Below, piece by piece: positions 27,540 through 41,169 of a DNA stretch of 64,000 nt (the first letter of the stretch is position 1; every line of letters starts with the position of its first letter). The notes below the pieces were generated by a model. The model was not told the DNA's origin. It made no database searches and saw only the letters and a program-made list of their open reading frames with translations. Where the stretch lies: assembly GCF_026571515.1 (NCBI RefSeq), contig NW_026860787.1, forward strand, positions 1-64,000. Direction: 5' to 3'. A program made the translations under genes and the position numbers. Origin of the DNA: Ruditapes philippinarum (lineage: Eukaryota).

Positions 27540-29841
27540 GTCTGTCCCATTAAAAATGGAAATGAACTTTTGCCTGGTATGAATTAACAAAACGACGTTG
27601 AATAAAAAATAAAACTTTTTTGTAAACTAAAAAAAAGTCACCCTCGAGACTTTTTAGGATTTTACTCTAAAGTTTCTCCTTTTCTTGTGAAAGCAAATTT
27701 TGATTTCTCTATGGTAAATCTCTGTTGTTTATTTTTCGTAGCCATTGCCGAAGTACTCTTCATTTGAAGATGAACGGGAGAAAGCACGTGTCATGTTTCT
27801 AAAATATACATGATGTTCTCGGGGTCGTTTCATGATTATTTTACAAAGCTGGACCTACAAGATGTAACAGTTTAGTTGCAATGCATGATGGAAAACTTTA
27901 AAAAATGAAAAATAAGCAACAAGAACACTGAGTCACATGGAATAGATCTAGAAATTGCACTTACTTTTAAGCTGAATAGAATCCCTATGAACTTTATAAA
28001 AGTCACGACAAATTCGCATTCTGAAGATTCTTTCATTGCCAGTTTCTGTCAAGTTCCGTACTGTAGATCAAAAATCCTGAATGACTTGACTCCTACACTT
28101 TTGATGATCCAGATTTTTTAAACTGATAATCCTTTTCATTATTAAAACATTGTTCAATTTGTGGAGTTATCTGGGTTAGCAAATGAAATATGTAAATGAA
28201 ACACATCATAATTAAGCATGTTCCAAATCCATAATTCAAGAACGGCCCATCAATTTTAGTTGTCAACATCACAATGCTTATGGATTCCTGACGAAAAAAA
28301 CTTTATTACGTCAACAACAATTTACGAAATATATGACGTAACAAAAATACCTCGCGCTTCCAGTTATGGATGATTCCAGTTGCGGCATTGACAAGAGTTT
28401 TTAAACTATTTTATATATTTCTCAGAATAAATTTGCCTACATATTATCTCGTTGTTCAAGACTTCTGTAAATCCTACTCTTTAAGCTACAAAATATACAA
28501 TACGCGGTATTTTTCCTCCCGCGAAAATTATGCTAGCTCTACAGTATTGTTTTTTCACTGAATATTTCAAATTTTAGTAAAGCTAAAATTATTGAGAACG
28601 TCACTCGGTGTTTCTCTTTGACTCGATCTACCCTTCATAGCAAAATAATTATATGTAACACTTTGAGTCTACAAAAAACAACAACAAAAAAACACTTACT
28701 GTCGCTCATTGAACACTCCAATTCAAATTTACTCTTAATAATATCAAACCACTGCTAGTATTTCTGGACATTTTGTTGAATTGTGAGACGGAAAGTTAAA
28801 ACTGTATTTACGAGCTAAAAGTGTATAGGCCTACGTTTGATTGCTTAAACTAAAAAGCATGATATTATATTCTTATAATTTACATTTTCCTCGAACGCGA
28901 GTCTGTGTTCTCTCGTTAGCGAGGGAGTTAGTTAAAGTAGACACTGTGGTAACAAGCAAACCAATGCTGAACGTGTAATGAATCAGTTTTCCTTTCTTTA
29001 TATTTCTTGTCAGATTTGCATGATAATGTAGTATTTGTTGGCGATTTCTTGTGAAAGTTAAAACCTATACGAAAAGTTTTAGCGCACAAACATCGCACCC
29101 GAAATAAGAAGGGTAACATATTTTTGTATCCCATCGAACCTGGTCAATTTATTTAATTTTGAATAGACGTGATACACACTTATGGACATAATTCAGACAA
29201 CTACAGAATTATGTAAATTAAACATAAATAAGCGTATTCTAGCTAGTATTCCCGCTCCCCTAAGACGCGTTGCGGTATTCAAGATACGCGTTTAATTGAA
29301 AAGCTATCTAATCAAATCACTGCACTGTTCTTTTTATCTTAAAGAATATAAAATACGACAGTATATCATGGTAATTTATTAACCTTTGTGTGTTAGAATT
29401 TATAAAGCTTACTGATATTTTCACTTGTTTTGATTATTTTGATTATTTTAAATAATGGTTTGCTAGTACAATTGCCTTTTTGACACCAACTCTGTTGTCA
29501 TTTTTCATTTTAATGATAACATTTAGCTATTGATCAGTAAGTAAATAAGAATAATATTTTTTTTTATAATTACCGAGTACATTTCACGCTAATTGTGAGA
29601 CGAACCCTAAATGACGTCTATATGGGCGCCGCCATTTTGAAATGAACGTCACGTCAGGTTTCAACGTAAGTCTACGGGAAAAAATATAATTTTAACATTT
29701 TGACTATATTACTGACTTTATGAAAAAAATGAAAAACATGCCTAGAGATATTGGCGTCAGGGTTAACATGACATTAATTTAAATGATTTTACTATTATAT
29801 TAAATAAAAAATGGAATGTTCAAATTTGATGGGACAGACTA
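27540..29841. mobile_element. Non-autonomous DNA transposon (Academ-like ends) inserted in exon 6 of copy 2
   Basis: TIR gtctgtcccat (27540) / atgggacagac(ta) (29829-29841); absent from copy 1 exon 6; no transposase ORF. Superfamily assignment tentative. Confidence 0.75.
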
Positions 29842-30435
29842 TAGTTGCATACGTTCTCCTTTATCTTCAATGATATCTAACGCCGATTTGTACTTCATTA
29901 TACCGGTGTGAAGGTCGCCCTAGAAAAAAGACATTTTTTCATTACACAACATTTCATGACACAACAATTTATAAAATTCTCAATGAACATAAGTAAAACA
30001 TAAAGCAAAATGTTATTAATAATATAAAAATTATTTGAGGTAAATTTTTCACCAACCTTTGTGTAAGTTTCCATGGTTCCAACAGCTATCAATACGGCAG
30101 CCTTGTCAACGTCCTTTCCATATCTATCCGCTAATCTTAGGCAGCCATTGTAAAATTGTTCACTTTCACCTGATGAATATTGTAAACACAATCAATCAAT
30201 CAATCATCAATCAATCAATCAAAACAAGCAAATAACCAAGAAATCGTCAACACAGCCATGGTATATCTATAAATAATTAAATATGGCGGACAGTGTATGT
30301 GCGTTTGTGATCAGTTAAAAATATTTGGATATTACGCTTTTAAGAAGTATAAGATTCTGCTGAAATGTGTAATTCTATGACAGTATATTTCTCGTAAACA
30401 ATATATAGTGTTTTGGACATATTTTACGCAAGAAC

Positions 30436-32142
30436 ATGGATTTAATTACGAATTTTCAAGTGCCCGTGAGAAACCAATTTGAAATTTTAGGTGAGCGGGA
30501 AATGGAGGTAACATCAATTTTGAACTCTGATACAAGTTGTATATCACGCCAAGAATTCGAAAATTCATCCATTGATAAGAAATTGACAGTTATTTTCGAT
30601 GAATTGAAATTCATAAGGAACGAGCAGGTTAGTTGTAGCACTAGTATGCTAACATTCCAGAAATCGTTGTCACAGGTGAACGATAAACTAGGTCATGTTA
30701 TGAATGTAACAAATAATCAGACATCCCTTTTACGAACAATCGCTTACAAATCAATAGACTTGGAAGCTAGATCACGTAGAAACAATTTAATTTTTCGTGG
30801 TTTCACCGAAAACAGAAATGAGAACTGCTATAGAATATTAGTTGACTTCCTAGAGAGAAGCTTGGACGTGCGTGAAAGTGATATTTATATTACTAGAGCA
30901 CATAGATTAGGCAGTAGAGTCCAAGGGAAAAATTTTAGCAAAAGACCTATCATAGCTAACTTTCGTGATTATGGAAATGTGGAGCTGATTATGAGTAGGG
31001 TCAGTAAATTGAAATATGCTCAGACAGGAATTTCAATAGATTATGACTTTCCGAAAGAAATTCAGGAAGCAAGGTCAAGGCTTTGGCCCAAATTTAAACA
31101 TTATAGAGCTTCAAACCCGAGGTCCAAAGTTGTCATCGTTTATCCGGCAAAACTGATAATGGACGGTCACTTAATTCATGGTGAATTACCGGATTGGAAC
31201 CACTACCTGAGAAGAGATCGATTACAGGATATAGAATATATTGGCGCTCAAAATGATCACAGTAACCAACATCAGATGTCTGAACCCATTCGACAAAGTA
31301 AAGTCAGCACTGACAAGCCGGTTCAGGATAATCCGACACACACTCCTATACATATGCAGCATTCCAATCCGCAATTTGAAAACGTCACGCCACAGAATAT
31401 GGCAGAGGCTCCAGTACCAAAATCACATGTGCACAAAGACACAAATCAATTTGTACAGCAAGATACTGAGTTGAGGCACTATGAATCCCATCAGCAGCCT
31501 CACACATTAAATAACACAGAAATATACGGTGTAAATACAGAACACAAATCGTATACGAACACAAATACTGGGGACCGTGCGAGTTCGAGCTTTACATTAT
31601 CTCAAGAGAACAGCAACGGACATTTTGTCTCAGATCCAACACATACCAGCGAATCATGCCTCATTAATACTTTTTCAAATGAGAATGACACATTCACTAG
31701 TACATCCCTGTCTGATACAGCAAATTTAATATCGAGTGCAATTGTTGTTAATAATGAAACTCAATATTTAAATAAAATACTCACCTCTGTTTTATCACAA
31801 GATAATTCAGTCCCAACTGACAAACACCAAAAGACAAATAATCCAAGCAATTTGAGTAACGATACACAATTTGTAAACACTTCCTTGAATTCAGTACACA
31901 AAAATGGCTCGACACATACAGAAAAACAATCAGGAGTATCTCATGTTTCTCGTGCAAACAACCGTAGTATGCGTAGATCAGTGTCAGCAAGTCCATATAG
32001 AGGAGTATCTAATAATAGAAGTAAAAAACCACCAATGCTAATAATAGACAGGTGGAAAACCCATTGTCAGCTGAGCAAGGTCATGTGTCTAAAAATATAT
32101 AGGATGAACTGGAGGAGGTGCGCTTGCGCTGTGTACTTTTAA
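30436..32142 (+). CDS. LINE ORF1 protein (coiled coil + RRM-like, L1 ORF1p-type)
   Basis: DLEARSRRNNLIFRG...RAHRLG...RPIIANF...ISIDYDFPKEIQEARSRL...YPAKLIMDG motifs, then a low-complexity S/T/N tail. Confidence 0.85.
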   Translation: MDLITNFQVPVRNQFEILGEREMEVTSILNSDTSCISRQEFENSSIDKKLTVIFDELKFIRNEQVSCSTSMLTFQKSLSQVNDKLGHVMNVTNNQTSLLRTIAYKSIDLEARSRRNNLIFRGFTENRNENCYRILVDFLERSLDVRESDIYITRAHRLGSRVQGKNFSKRPIIANFRDYGNVELIMSRVSKLKYAQTGISIDYDFPKEIQEARSRLWPKFKHYRASNPRSKVVIVYPAKLIMDGHLIHGELPDWNHYLRRDRLQDIEYIGAQNDHSNQHQMSEPIRQSKVSTDKPVQDNPTHTPIHMQHSNPQFENVTPQNMAEAPVPKSHVHKDTNQFVQQDTELRHYESHQQPHTLNNTEIYGVNTEHKSYTNTNTGDRASSSFTLSQENSNGHFVSDPTHTSESCLINTFSNENDTFTSTSLSDTANLISSAIVVNNETQYLNKILTSVLSQDNSVPTDKHQKTNNPSNLSNDTQFVNTSLNSVHKNGSTHTEKQSGVSHVSRANNRSMRRSVSASPYRGVSNNRSKKPPMLIIDRWKTHCQLSKVMCLKIYRMNWRRCACAVYF

Positions 32143-35100
32143 ACGTGCAAGGTCTAGTTACAAAAAGAATAAATAAATTAAAATCAGAGTTATTAATAAA
32201 TATCTTTAAAGAAAATGACATTATTATGTTTACAGAAACTTGGACAAATGAATTTTCAGATATTTATATGGAAGGGTTTGAGCATTACGTTTTTAAACAG
32301 AACTCTGACTAAGAGTACATGTAAACGCAATTCCGGGGGTGTTATCATTTATGTAAAAGACTATCTTGTATCCGAAAACACGTTGTTATTTACAAGTCAA
32401 GATGATATTATATGGATCAAAATTTCTGCTGAAAAAACTCTGTATTGAAAAAGATCTTTTGGTCGGGTTATGTTATGTTTTGCCCGACGACAGCAGCCGA
32501 CAATCGGTAGTTGAAAACTGTATTTTTGATCGATTATTAGATTCCGTAGTATACGGAGAAAATAACTGTGAAAATGATTGCTATTTGGCCTTATTTGGTG
32601 ATTTTAACTCGCGAACATCTACCCTTCCCGACTACGTGTCACATGACATATGCGATCACATGACTATGCTACCAGAAGATTATATAGTGGATACAGAAAT
32701 GCCGCGGTCGTCTCAAGATCAAGGTCATGTTAATAATAATGGACGGCTATTATTAGATTTTTGCCGACAGACTGGTTTAAGAATTTTAAATGGTCGAATA
32801 GATGAAGATTTAAATTTAGGCAAATATACATTTGTTAATCATCGGGGTTGCAGTTTGATAGATTATGTATTATGCAGGAAAGACATGTTTACGTTAATTG
32901 ACAGTTTCAAAGTTGATGATCCAAATATTTTATCGGATCACTGTATTTTATCATGTTGCTTTAAATTTAATAGAATTTGTACATTACAGAATGTTAAAAT
33001 ACACAATCAAGTACAAAATTTTGTTGAATCAAAATACATATGGAAAAATAGTTTGAAAATGGAATTTATTGACAGTTTGAGTGATAATGAAGTATCACAA
33101 AGTATTGATTTGTTGTCAAATGAAATTTCAAATTGCTGTACATATGATAGTATTGATAATTGTCTTACTAATTTTGAAAATATATTAGATAAAGTAGCAT
33201 CACCTATTTTAAAAAAGAAATTAAAACCACAGTCGGACGAGATTGTTTATAATTGTGAGAATGATAGTCCATGGTTTAATGAAGAGTGTTATGAAAAGAG
33301 AAATAAATTTTTACATACTCTTAATGAATATAGATTATTTCATTCGGATGAAAATAGAGAAAATATGGTAACTGCTAGAAAAGAATATAAATCATGTTTG
33401 AGAAAAAACAGATACAATTATGATAAGGAGAAAACATGTAAGCTTTTAGATAGCAGATTTAAAAATGCACGTCTTTATTGGTCTATGTTGAAAGAGTCTG
33501 CAGGTATAAAAAGATCAAATATACAATTATCGTCTTTTGAGAGTTATTTTAAAGCTGTTAATAATCCAAATGATGTATTTTTTAATCCTGACGAAGATAT
33601 TTTATATTTTAATGAAAGATATTGTGATAATGAGTTTAAAATTATGTTCGAAGAATTAAATACCATCATTTCAATAGATGAAATTTATTTAGGAATAAAA
33701 CAACTTAAAAATAATAAATCGGGTGGTCCGGATCTTATTTTAAACGAATTTTTTATTGCTGGTAAAGAAATACTTGCTCCCGTGTTATCTATTTTATTCA
33801 ATAAAATTTTTGAATTAGGATATTTTCCAGAAAAATGGTCTCAAGGTTATATTATTCCTTTGCATAAAAAGGGCAGTATTAATAATGTAGATAATTATAG
33901 AGGTGTTACATTACTTAGTTGTTTGGGTAAACTCTTTACTCGTATTTTAAATAACAGGCTAAAATGTTGGGCGGAAAAATATAATGTGTATGTCGAAGCC
34001 CAAGCTGGATTTCGTTCTAATATGAGTACTACTGATAATGTTTTTGTTTTGAGTGGGTTAATAAATCATGTATTAAATCAAGGTAAAAAACTGTATACAT
34101 TGTTTGTAGATTTTAGCAAAGCTTTTGATTATGTTACAAGAGATAACTTATGGTATAAAATGATAAAATTAGGAATCAGGGGTAGAATTTTAGATATTAT
34201 TATGTCTATGTATAAGTCTGTTAAGTCAAGAGTTAAATATTTAAATGAGTTAAGTGATGAATTCACATGTACATTAGGCGTTAGACAGGGAGAATGTTTA
34301 TCTCCTTTTTTATTTTCATTATTTATAAATGATATAGAAGACATTTTTCTGCAAAATGGAGAAAATGGTATTGATGTTAATATGGTTTAAGATATTTTTA
34401 TTGTTATATGCTGATGACATTGTTATATTTGCAAATTCAGCTGAAGAATTACAAAAGTGTATGAATCTACTAAATGATTATTGTAAAACTTGGAAGATGA
34501 AAGTTAATGTTTCAAAAAACTAAAGTAATGATTTTCAAAAAGGGCGGTAATTTACCAAGAAATTTAGAGTTCTATTTCGATGGTGAGCAAGTAGAAATTG
34601 TAAATAAATTTTCGTATTTAGGTATAGTGTTTACATGTGGTGGATCACTTTCAACAGCACAAGATACATTAGCAGGTCAAGCACAAAAAGCGATATTTAG
34701 ATTAAATAGATATTTGTATAAATTCACTTTTATATCTCCTAAACATAAATTGGATTTATTTGACAAACTTGTTACCCCTATTTTAAATTACTGCAGCGAA
34801 GTATGTGGTTTTACTAATAATGTGGCAATTGAAAGAATTCACCTTCAGTTTTGTAAAAGAATCTTAGCGGTAAAGAAAACAACACAAAATGATTTTTGTA
34901 TACGGGGAATTAGGTAGAACAAGCTTAAAATGTACACATTTTTTAAATATTATCAAATTTTGGATAAAAATTATTCATTCACATGAAAACAAATATGTTC
35001 ATAGAGTTTATCATATGTTAAAAAATGATTATGAGAATTTTCCAAATAGATTAAACTGGTGTTCATCATTAAAAGAATTACTATGTACTCTTGGTTTCTT

Positions 35101-35614
35101 TGATGCTTGGCTACAGCAAAGTGTTGGCAACATTGATTTATTTTTGTATTTTGTAAAACAAAGAATAAATGATCAATTTATACAAAACTGGTATAGTAGA
35201 ATTAATGAATCAAGCAGAGCCTTATTTTATAGAAACATAGCTTGTTTTCAATTTCAGCCTTATTTAGAATTTTTCAATGTTAACAAATTTTGTCAATCAA
35301 TGACCAGATTAAGAGTATCATCTCATAGATTAAATATAGAAGCAGGAAGGTGGACAAGGCCAATCAGAACACCAGTTAATGAAAGAAAATGTAGTGTTTG
35401 TAATTCCCTGGAAGATGAGTATCATTTTATCATGGAATGTCCCTTATTTATTAATCTAAGAAAACAATATATTAATAAAAAGTTCTGGAAACGCCCAAAT
35501 ATGATAAAGTTTATTGAATTGTTAAAATCTGAAGACAAAAAAGTTGTACAGAAATTAGGGTTATTTATTCACAAGGCTTTCATACTCAGAAATGAATATT
35601 TTTTCAGTAACTAA
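32103..35614 (+). CDS. LINE ORF2: AP endonuclease + reverse transcriptase + C-terminal Cys/His motif (5 apparent +1 frameshifts)
   Basis: LLNVQGL, FTETW, GDFNSRT, SLIDY, SDH (APE); NYRGVTLLS, QAGFR, FVDFSKAFD, GVRQGECLSP, LLYADD at ~34401 (RT); CSVCNSLEDEYHFIMEC. Confidence 0.9.
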
Positions 35615-37428
35615 TAAAGAAAATGAATTTAATATGCACATGGTAGAATATAAGTAATGTTTGTAAAAATTATTCATGTAAGATTATTTACCTTTGTCTT
35701 ATAACCTTTGTTTTCGCATTTTTCTAAAGGTTAGAAGATGTTTATTGGTAACATTATTTTTCAACCTGTATTATGAAAGGATATATATCATTACCTTGCA
35801 TTTCATTTTCGTGTAAGGTAGGGTAGAGAAAATAATGATGTATATATATAACAGAGCAATATGTTAAGATGTAAAATGATTTATACGTGCAGCCATTATA
35901 TGTATATAATTACATTTCTTTTATATGTATCTAAATTAAATACAAGTTTATATATGTTACCTCCTCCCATATAGATTCTTTTTGGGAATGTATGGGTGTC
36001 ATATTGCTTTTTGTTAAATTCATGCACTGTTCGTTGTATGTAGATATTTGTGCTATGTTTATCCTCATGGGCTTTTTAGCCTAATGGAATATTGAATAAA
36101 ACTTTGAAAACTAACTTATTACTTATTAGTATTCTCAGCATAGTATGTATAATAGTCATCTACTGTATACAATCTGATCAAAAAACCATTCTTTCTTCGT
36201 GCAGTCCAATGCATGCATGCAACAAATTATCCAAGTGACATGTTTGTGAAATTCAATTTGTGTAATTAACAATAATAAAGATGTTTAAAATTACTTGGCA
36301 TAAATATTTCGATGAGCTCAGTACAAGATGACGCCATTTCGATAAAGAATGGGTATGTAGATGTTTCTTGTTTGATATTGTTGACTTCGTATAGAAGTTT
36401 CCGTAAGTTTGCTTGTTCATCAACAAATATTGACCGTGCTCGTGTATATTCATCTGTAGGCATTTTCTTGGCGATATCTTTCATAACTTTAGTGAACACT
36501 TTACAATATCTCATCCTTATAGCTTAAAATAAAAGAAATAATAACTAATGGATATCATCTTGTTGACTATGTAGTTCAAACATTGATAGCTAGAGTTTAT
36601 TAATGTACACTGTAACTGCGTTGACTGTATAATTCATTGACAACAAATATTTCAAAACCGTTGGTAATATATTAAATTCGTCGTTATAAGTTTGTCAAAA
36701 CCAGTTAATTTGACATAAACCATTTCACTGTAATTATATTTTGATCTTGTATGATATACACTTATATTACTGCTGTACTTATTTTTCTAACTGTATAGCC
36801 TTTCTTACGCTTCAAAGTCACCACATCTATTTTTATGATTTTGTACATGGAAAGAGTCACAGCAAGCAGTAACTTGCATGGATACAGGGTATACAAAAGA
36901 GATATGTTTGAATGGAAAAAGGGCATTTTTGTAAAATGCCATAAAATTGTATTAAATGTCATAAAGCATAAGCAAAACATATCTGGGTGGTACAACCGTC
37001 ACAAAGGAGTTAGCCCCTAAAAGGGGATATCTATTTATAGCTATGATAAATAGTTTAATGTTATTTTGCTAAAATAAGATAAGAAGAGAACTTTTACCTG
37101 GCAAATCTTTGATAACAAAGTTTGCATTGATCACCTCTCGAAGTATTCCCTGAATGTTGAAACGCTGGGATGACGTGTCATAGTTAATCACGTTTCTGAT
37201 AAGTATTTGCTTTAATCCTTGTTGCTTTGCTATTGCTACACTTCCAAAATCTGAATAAAAACGAAGATACTAAGTGAATTCAGTAAGTAAGGTCAATACT
37301 GCTATATTAGACAATTTAAACAATACATATGTATATCGTTTTCAGATTATTGCTGTAGTGCACTGTAAAAAAGTGTGTATGCACAAAATACATGTAAAAT
37401 GAACACAACAAACGGAATAAAAAGTTAA

Positions 37429-37784
37429 AGGGACTCCACTGAGGTTTAAAAGCCTAAAAACATAACATTAGAATTTCTTACATGAATGAACTGGGGCACT
37501 TTAAACAGAAATATATGCAAAGATAGTTAAGAAAAATACTTTAAAATTAATTGAAATTCGTAGTTTTATGCTTTTCTTAGCCTAATTTGATTGAAAAGCG
37601 TTTAAACGCTTTCATTTTGGGTCATTGTTTTACAATTTGAATAATTATTCTGGAAAAACGAAGAACGCGAATGATCTGAAAGTTTGCACAAAGATTTGTG
37701 GTCTAAACCTACATCAAATGGTACATTTATCTGGAAAAAAATATTTTCAGTCCCATCATGTCAAAAAACCTCAGTGGAGTCCCT
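37429..37784. mobile_element. 356-bp TTAA-target MITE (Kolobok-like)
   Basis: ttaa|agggactccactgaggtt...aacctcagtggagtccct|ttaa; copy 1 has the empty site aaaagttaaaagttt at ~21021. Confidence 0.85.
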
Positions 37785-39729
37785 TTAAAAGTTTGATGGA
37801 GTAAGGTCATTATACATGTTTGTGATAATTAAGCTACCAGCTATTTGAACTGATCAGCATTAGATTTCACTTTGTTTTTTTTTTGTTTTTTTAATCTTAA
37901 AACTGGTGCCTATACAATAAATTGACAATTGATTTACATAGCAATAATTATTATACTGTAACGGTGAGCCAATCGCTAGAGAACACTCAGTCATACCTAA
38001 AAGTCCACTGACTTCTTCTGCATTAAACGACCCAGGTATATAGTTAAGACTGGACAAGTACTGCTGATATACAGTCGATAAACGCTGAATAAAGCTTCTG
38101 TAAACATCAGCTGAAATATATATACTTCCACTATATAGACAACAATTTAACAAAGATTATCATAGTGTTCATTTCACTATATAAGATAAAGAGAAATGTC
38201 AATATTAGGCGAACTCTTCAAGCTTAAACTCTGTGCAAAATATATACGTCCTGTTTTGAATGATAAAATATTGCTATTTTAGCGATTTCAATACCAAAAT
38301 AAAATCAGAGATTACAAAGTTTGAACATATTTATATGCTCGCATTTCTTGTGTCTGGTGACTTAGGCCTTTTTATATCGCTGCAAAACTAAAATAAAATA
38401 TCTGCAATTTATTTATTTTTGTTTGTTTGTTTTGTTATAAGAACAACAAAAACAAGAGTCATACCTACTCTATCTTCAACCGGGTAGTGTTCCTTGCTGA
38501 GGGTTTCGAGTCTGCTGAGCAACAAAAGGTCAACCATTTGTTCTGGAGATATCAAATTAATTTTCAGCTCTGCACCAATCATTAATATCAACAAAGGAAG
38601 TCCTTCACTAAGGTCTATTATAACATCTTCACATGTACCAAGGTCAATATCAGGGGCAATATTATGTAACATAATTCTAGATTCCGTGTACCTCATTGGT
38701 TTTAATTCATGCAAGCAATAAACCTTGCTAAGTTGACTAAACTGAATTCTTGTAGTAGAAGTTACAAAGATCTTCACTCGTGGGCATTGTTTGGCTACAG
38801 CAACAATCAATGACAAAAGATTGTCCTTAAATGAACTTTCAATGGTATCCTCCGCGTTGTCAAAGAAAACGGCCAATTGTCTGTCATTTGAATTCTTTTT
38901 GAGCTCGTCCGTTACATGTTTCATCCATCTTATTGATGATACAGTTTGAATCTCAGGTTCTGTATTAAGTGAAGCACATAGGACAGAATAAAGAGAACGG
39001 GCATCGTTCACCGTGTCTAGATGAACGGGTAACACATCAATATGTTTCCGTCTGATAAACTCTCTCACGAATCTTGATTTGCCTACTGCACGTAAACCAA
39101 ATATTCCAAATATCCTACACGAAGACCACTTCTCATTTAACACAGCGAAATCGTTATCCCGACCTATAAACATATACTCTGGACTTGATTCCGAATCTGT
39201 AGAAGTTTCCATCCCTGTTGTATTCATTTTCTTATTATTTTTTTTTTAGATTTATTGTACTTGAACAATCTACATCTGTTTTATATTACACGTTACAAAT
39301 TTCGCTATCCAACCACTTAAAACATAATTTTCTACATTATTTTTCTTCACTATTTAGAATTACTTCCGGGTGCGTTGTTAAGGCTCGCATTTATGTATTT
39401 TGTGTTTAAACTTAGTTACGTACTTGCTATACGCCAGCCGGATCCGCATCGCTTACTTTATTGTTTTGCTTTAAAAGAATAAAGTCCACTGTATTTTATA
39501 GACGAACGTTACAAATAAATGTAAATGCTAAAATTCCATACAATATAAGTTGTTTTGTTTTTTTTGCTTGGTCAATTAGGATAATTAAAGACTGTCGCGG
39601 CGGTCAGACAACTATTACGATTTAAACACGTTATCAAATAGTGCAATTTAAGTTATCTCTAGCCAATCAGTCGCAAAGCATGAAAATCGTACCAACTGCC
39701 GCCGTAACGCATTCCTAGGGTGGCACAAA

Positions 39730-41072
39730 TAGGTGGCACAAAGGTGACATGTGTGTGATTTTATTTACCTCGTGCGCACGAGATACTATATCGCGGCCAC
39801 CAGTTACTAAGTCGTGGCCACGAGAAAGCTAAGTCGTAGGAATTAGATACTATGTCGTGGCCACGAGTTACTAAGTCGTGGCCACGAGATAATTAAGTCG
39901 CGTGAACGAGATACTATGTCGTGGCCACGAGTTACTAAGTTGTGGCCACGAGTTACTAAGTCGTGGCCACGAGATAAATAACCAATCAGATTACACCATT
40001 ATATGAATTTTCCTATTTAACTAGACATGTGCTATAGTGCAAGAACGCCCCTACTTCGCTTGCATTTAAAAGTGCAATTTATACAAGTTATTGATTGGTC
40101 AATAATATTACATTTAGCGTCATTGAGACCCTGATATTTGACCCAATGACCTCGAAATTATTAGGTCTACTGATCAGGTGCAATGATCTAGGTGATATAA
40201 ACCATGACTTATTCCTTCTAAATTATTAATCAGACAAGGATTTTACATGAAGTGTCATGGTAACCTTGACCTCAAACATCCTTATAGGCTATCTTCTGTC
40301 CATGGGCAATGTCCCTACCAAATAAAATAAACCAAGACTTATTCCTTCTCATGTTATCGTATAAACAAGATTAACAGGCCGTAGTACGTACAAACTGACC
40401 AATTCGATCACAAAATTGTCCCCACAAAGGGCTTTAGTCAAAATGTATGTCTGATGGGCCTTGGAAGGTGACTTTCTAATATGATCCTCAAGACATGTTC
40501 AAGTGAATATCTTCAGTATTTTAAAAGATAAATGTTGCATGTAAAACTTAACACAGAATTTTTTTAAGTTAAAGAAATTCATAATATATATAGTGTAATC
40601 TGATTAGTTAATTATCTCGTGCGCACGGCTTAGTTATCTTGTTCCCACGACTTACTAACTCGTGGCCACGACATAGTATCTCGTGCCCACGACTTAATAA
40701 TCTGGTGGCCACGACTAAGTAACTCGTGGCCTCTACATAGTATCTTGTGGTCACGACTAAGTATCTCATTCCCTCGACTTAACTGTCTCGTGGCCACGAC
40801 TTAGAAACCCGTGGCCACGACATAGTATCTCGTGGCCACGACATAGTATCTCGTGCCCACGACATAGTATCTCGTGCCCACGACTTAGCTATCTCGTGGC
40901 CACGACATAGTATCTAGTTCCCATGACTTAGCTATCTCGTGGCCACGACATAGTATCTCGTGCCCACGACTTAGCTATCTCGTGGCCACGACTTAGTGAC
41001 TCGTGGCCACAACATAGTATCTCGTGTGCAGGAGATAAATAAAAACGCACATGTCACCTTTGTGCCACCGTA
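39730..41072. mobile_element. Foldback-type element with TIRs built from ~21-bp tandem subrepeats and a degenerate HINE-like core
   Basis: ggtggcacaaaggtgacatgtg / cacatgtcacctttgtgccacc termini; inverted arrays of tcgtggccacga... at ~39770-39975 and ~40615-41030. Confidence 0.75.
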
Positions 41073-41169
41073 AATTTCCCTACCACAACACTAACATCAT
41101 AATGAACAAAGGCGAAGTAGTTCCTAGTTTGAACGTCGGGACGTTGAAGGTGCATTATGTCCCAGAAAT

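Larger units (their letters stand above)
30237..36115 (+). mobile_element. Near full-length non-LTR retrotransposon (APE-RT LINE, RTE-X/CR1-like), antisense in intron 4 of copy 2
   Basis: Absent from copy 1 (aaataac|ttattag); ~200-nt 5'UTR, ORF1, ORF2, 3'UTR ending in small hairpin, AATAAA and short repeats (acttatt)2. Confidence 0.92.
25840..39227 (-). pseudogene. Second NB-ARC-TPR copy, probably inactivated
   Basis: Exons 38465-39227, 37997-38110, 37098-37250, 36295-36522, 30057-30169, exon 6 split into 29842-29919 and 27478-27539 by a 2.3-kb insertion, 26958-27061, 25840-26627; 1-nt frameshift at the C-terminus (NLKV* vs NLKCREKK*). Confidence 0.8.

Noticed and set aside
32137-32144. UUUAAAC slippery heptamer at the LINE ORF1/ORF2 overlap
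   Set aside because: It is phased in the ORF2 frame rather than ORF1, so it cannot drive a canonical -1 shift from ORF1.
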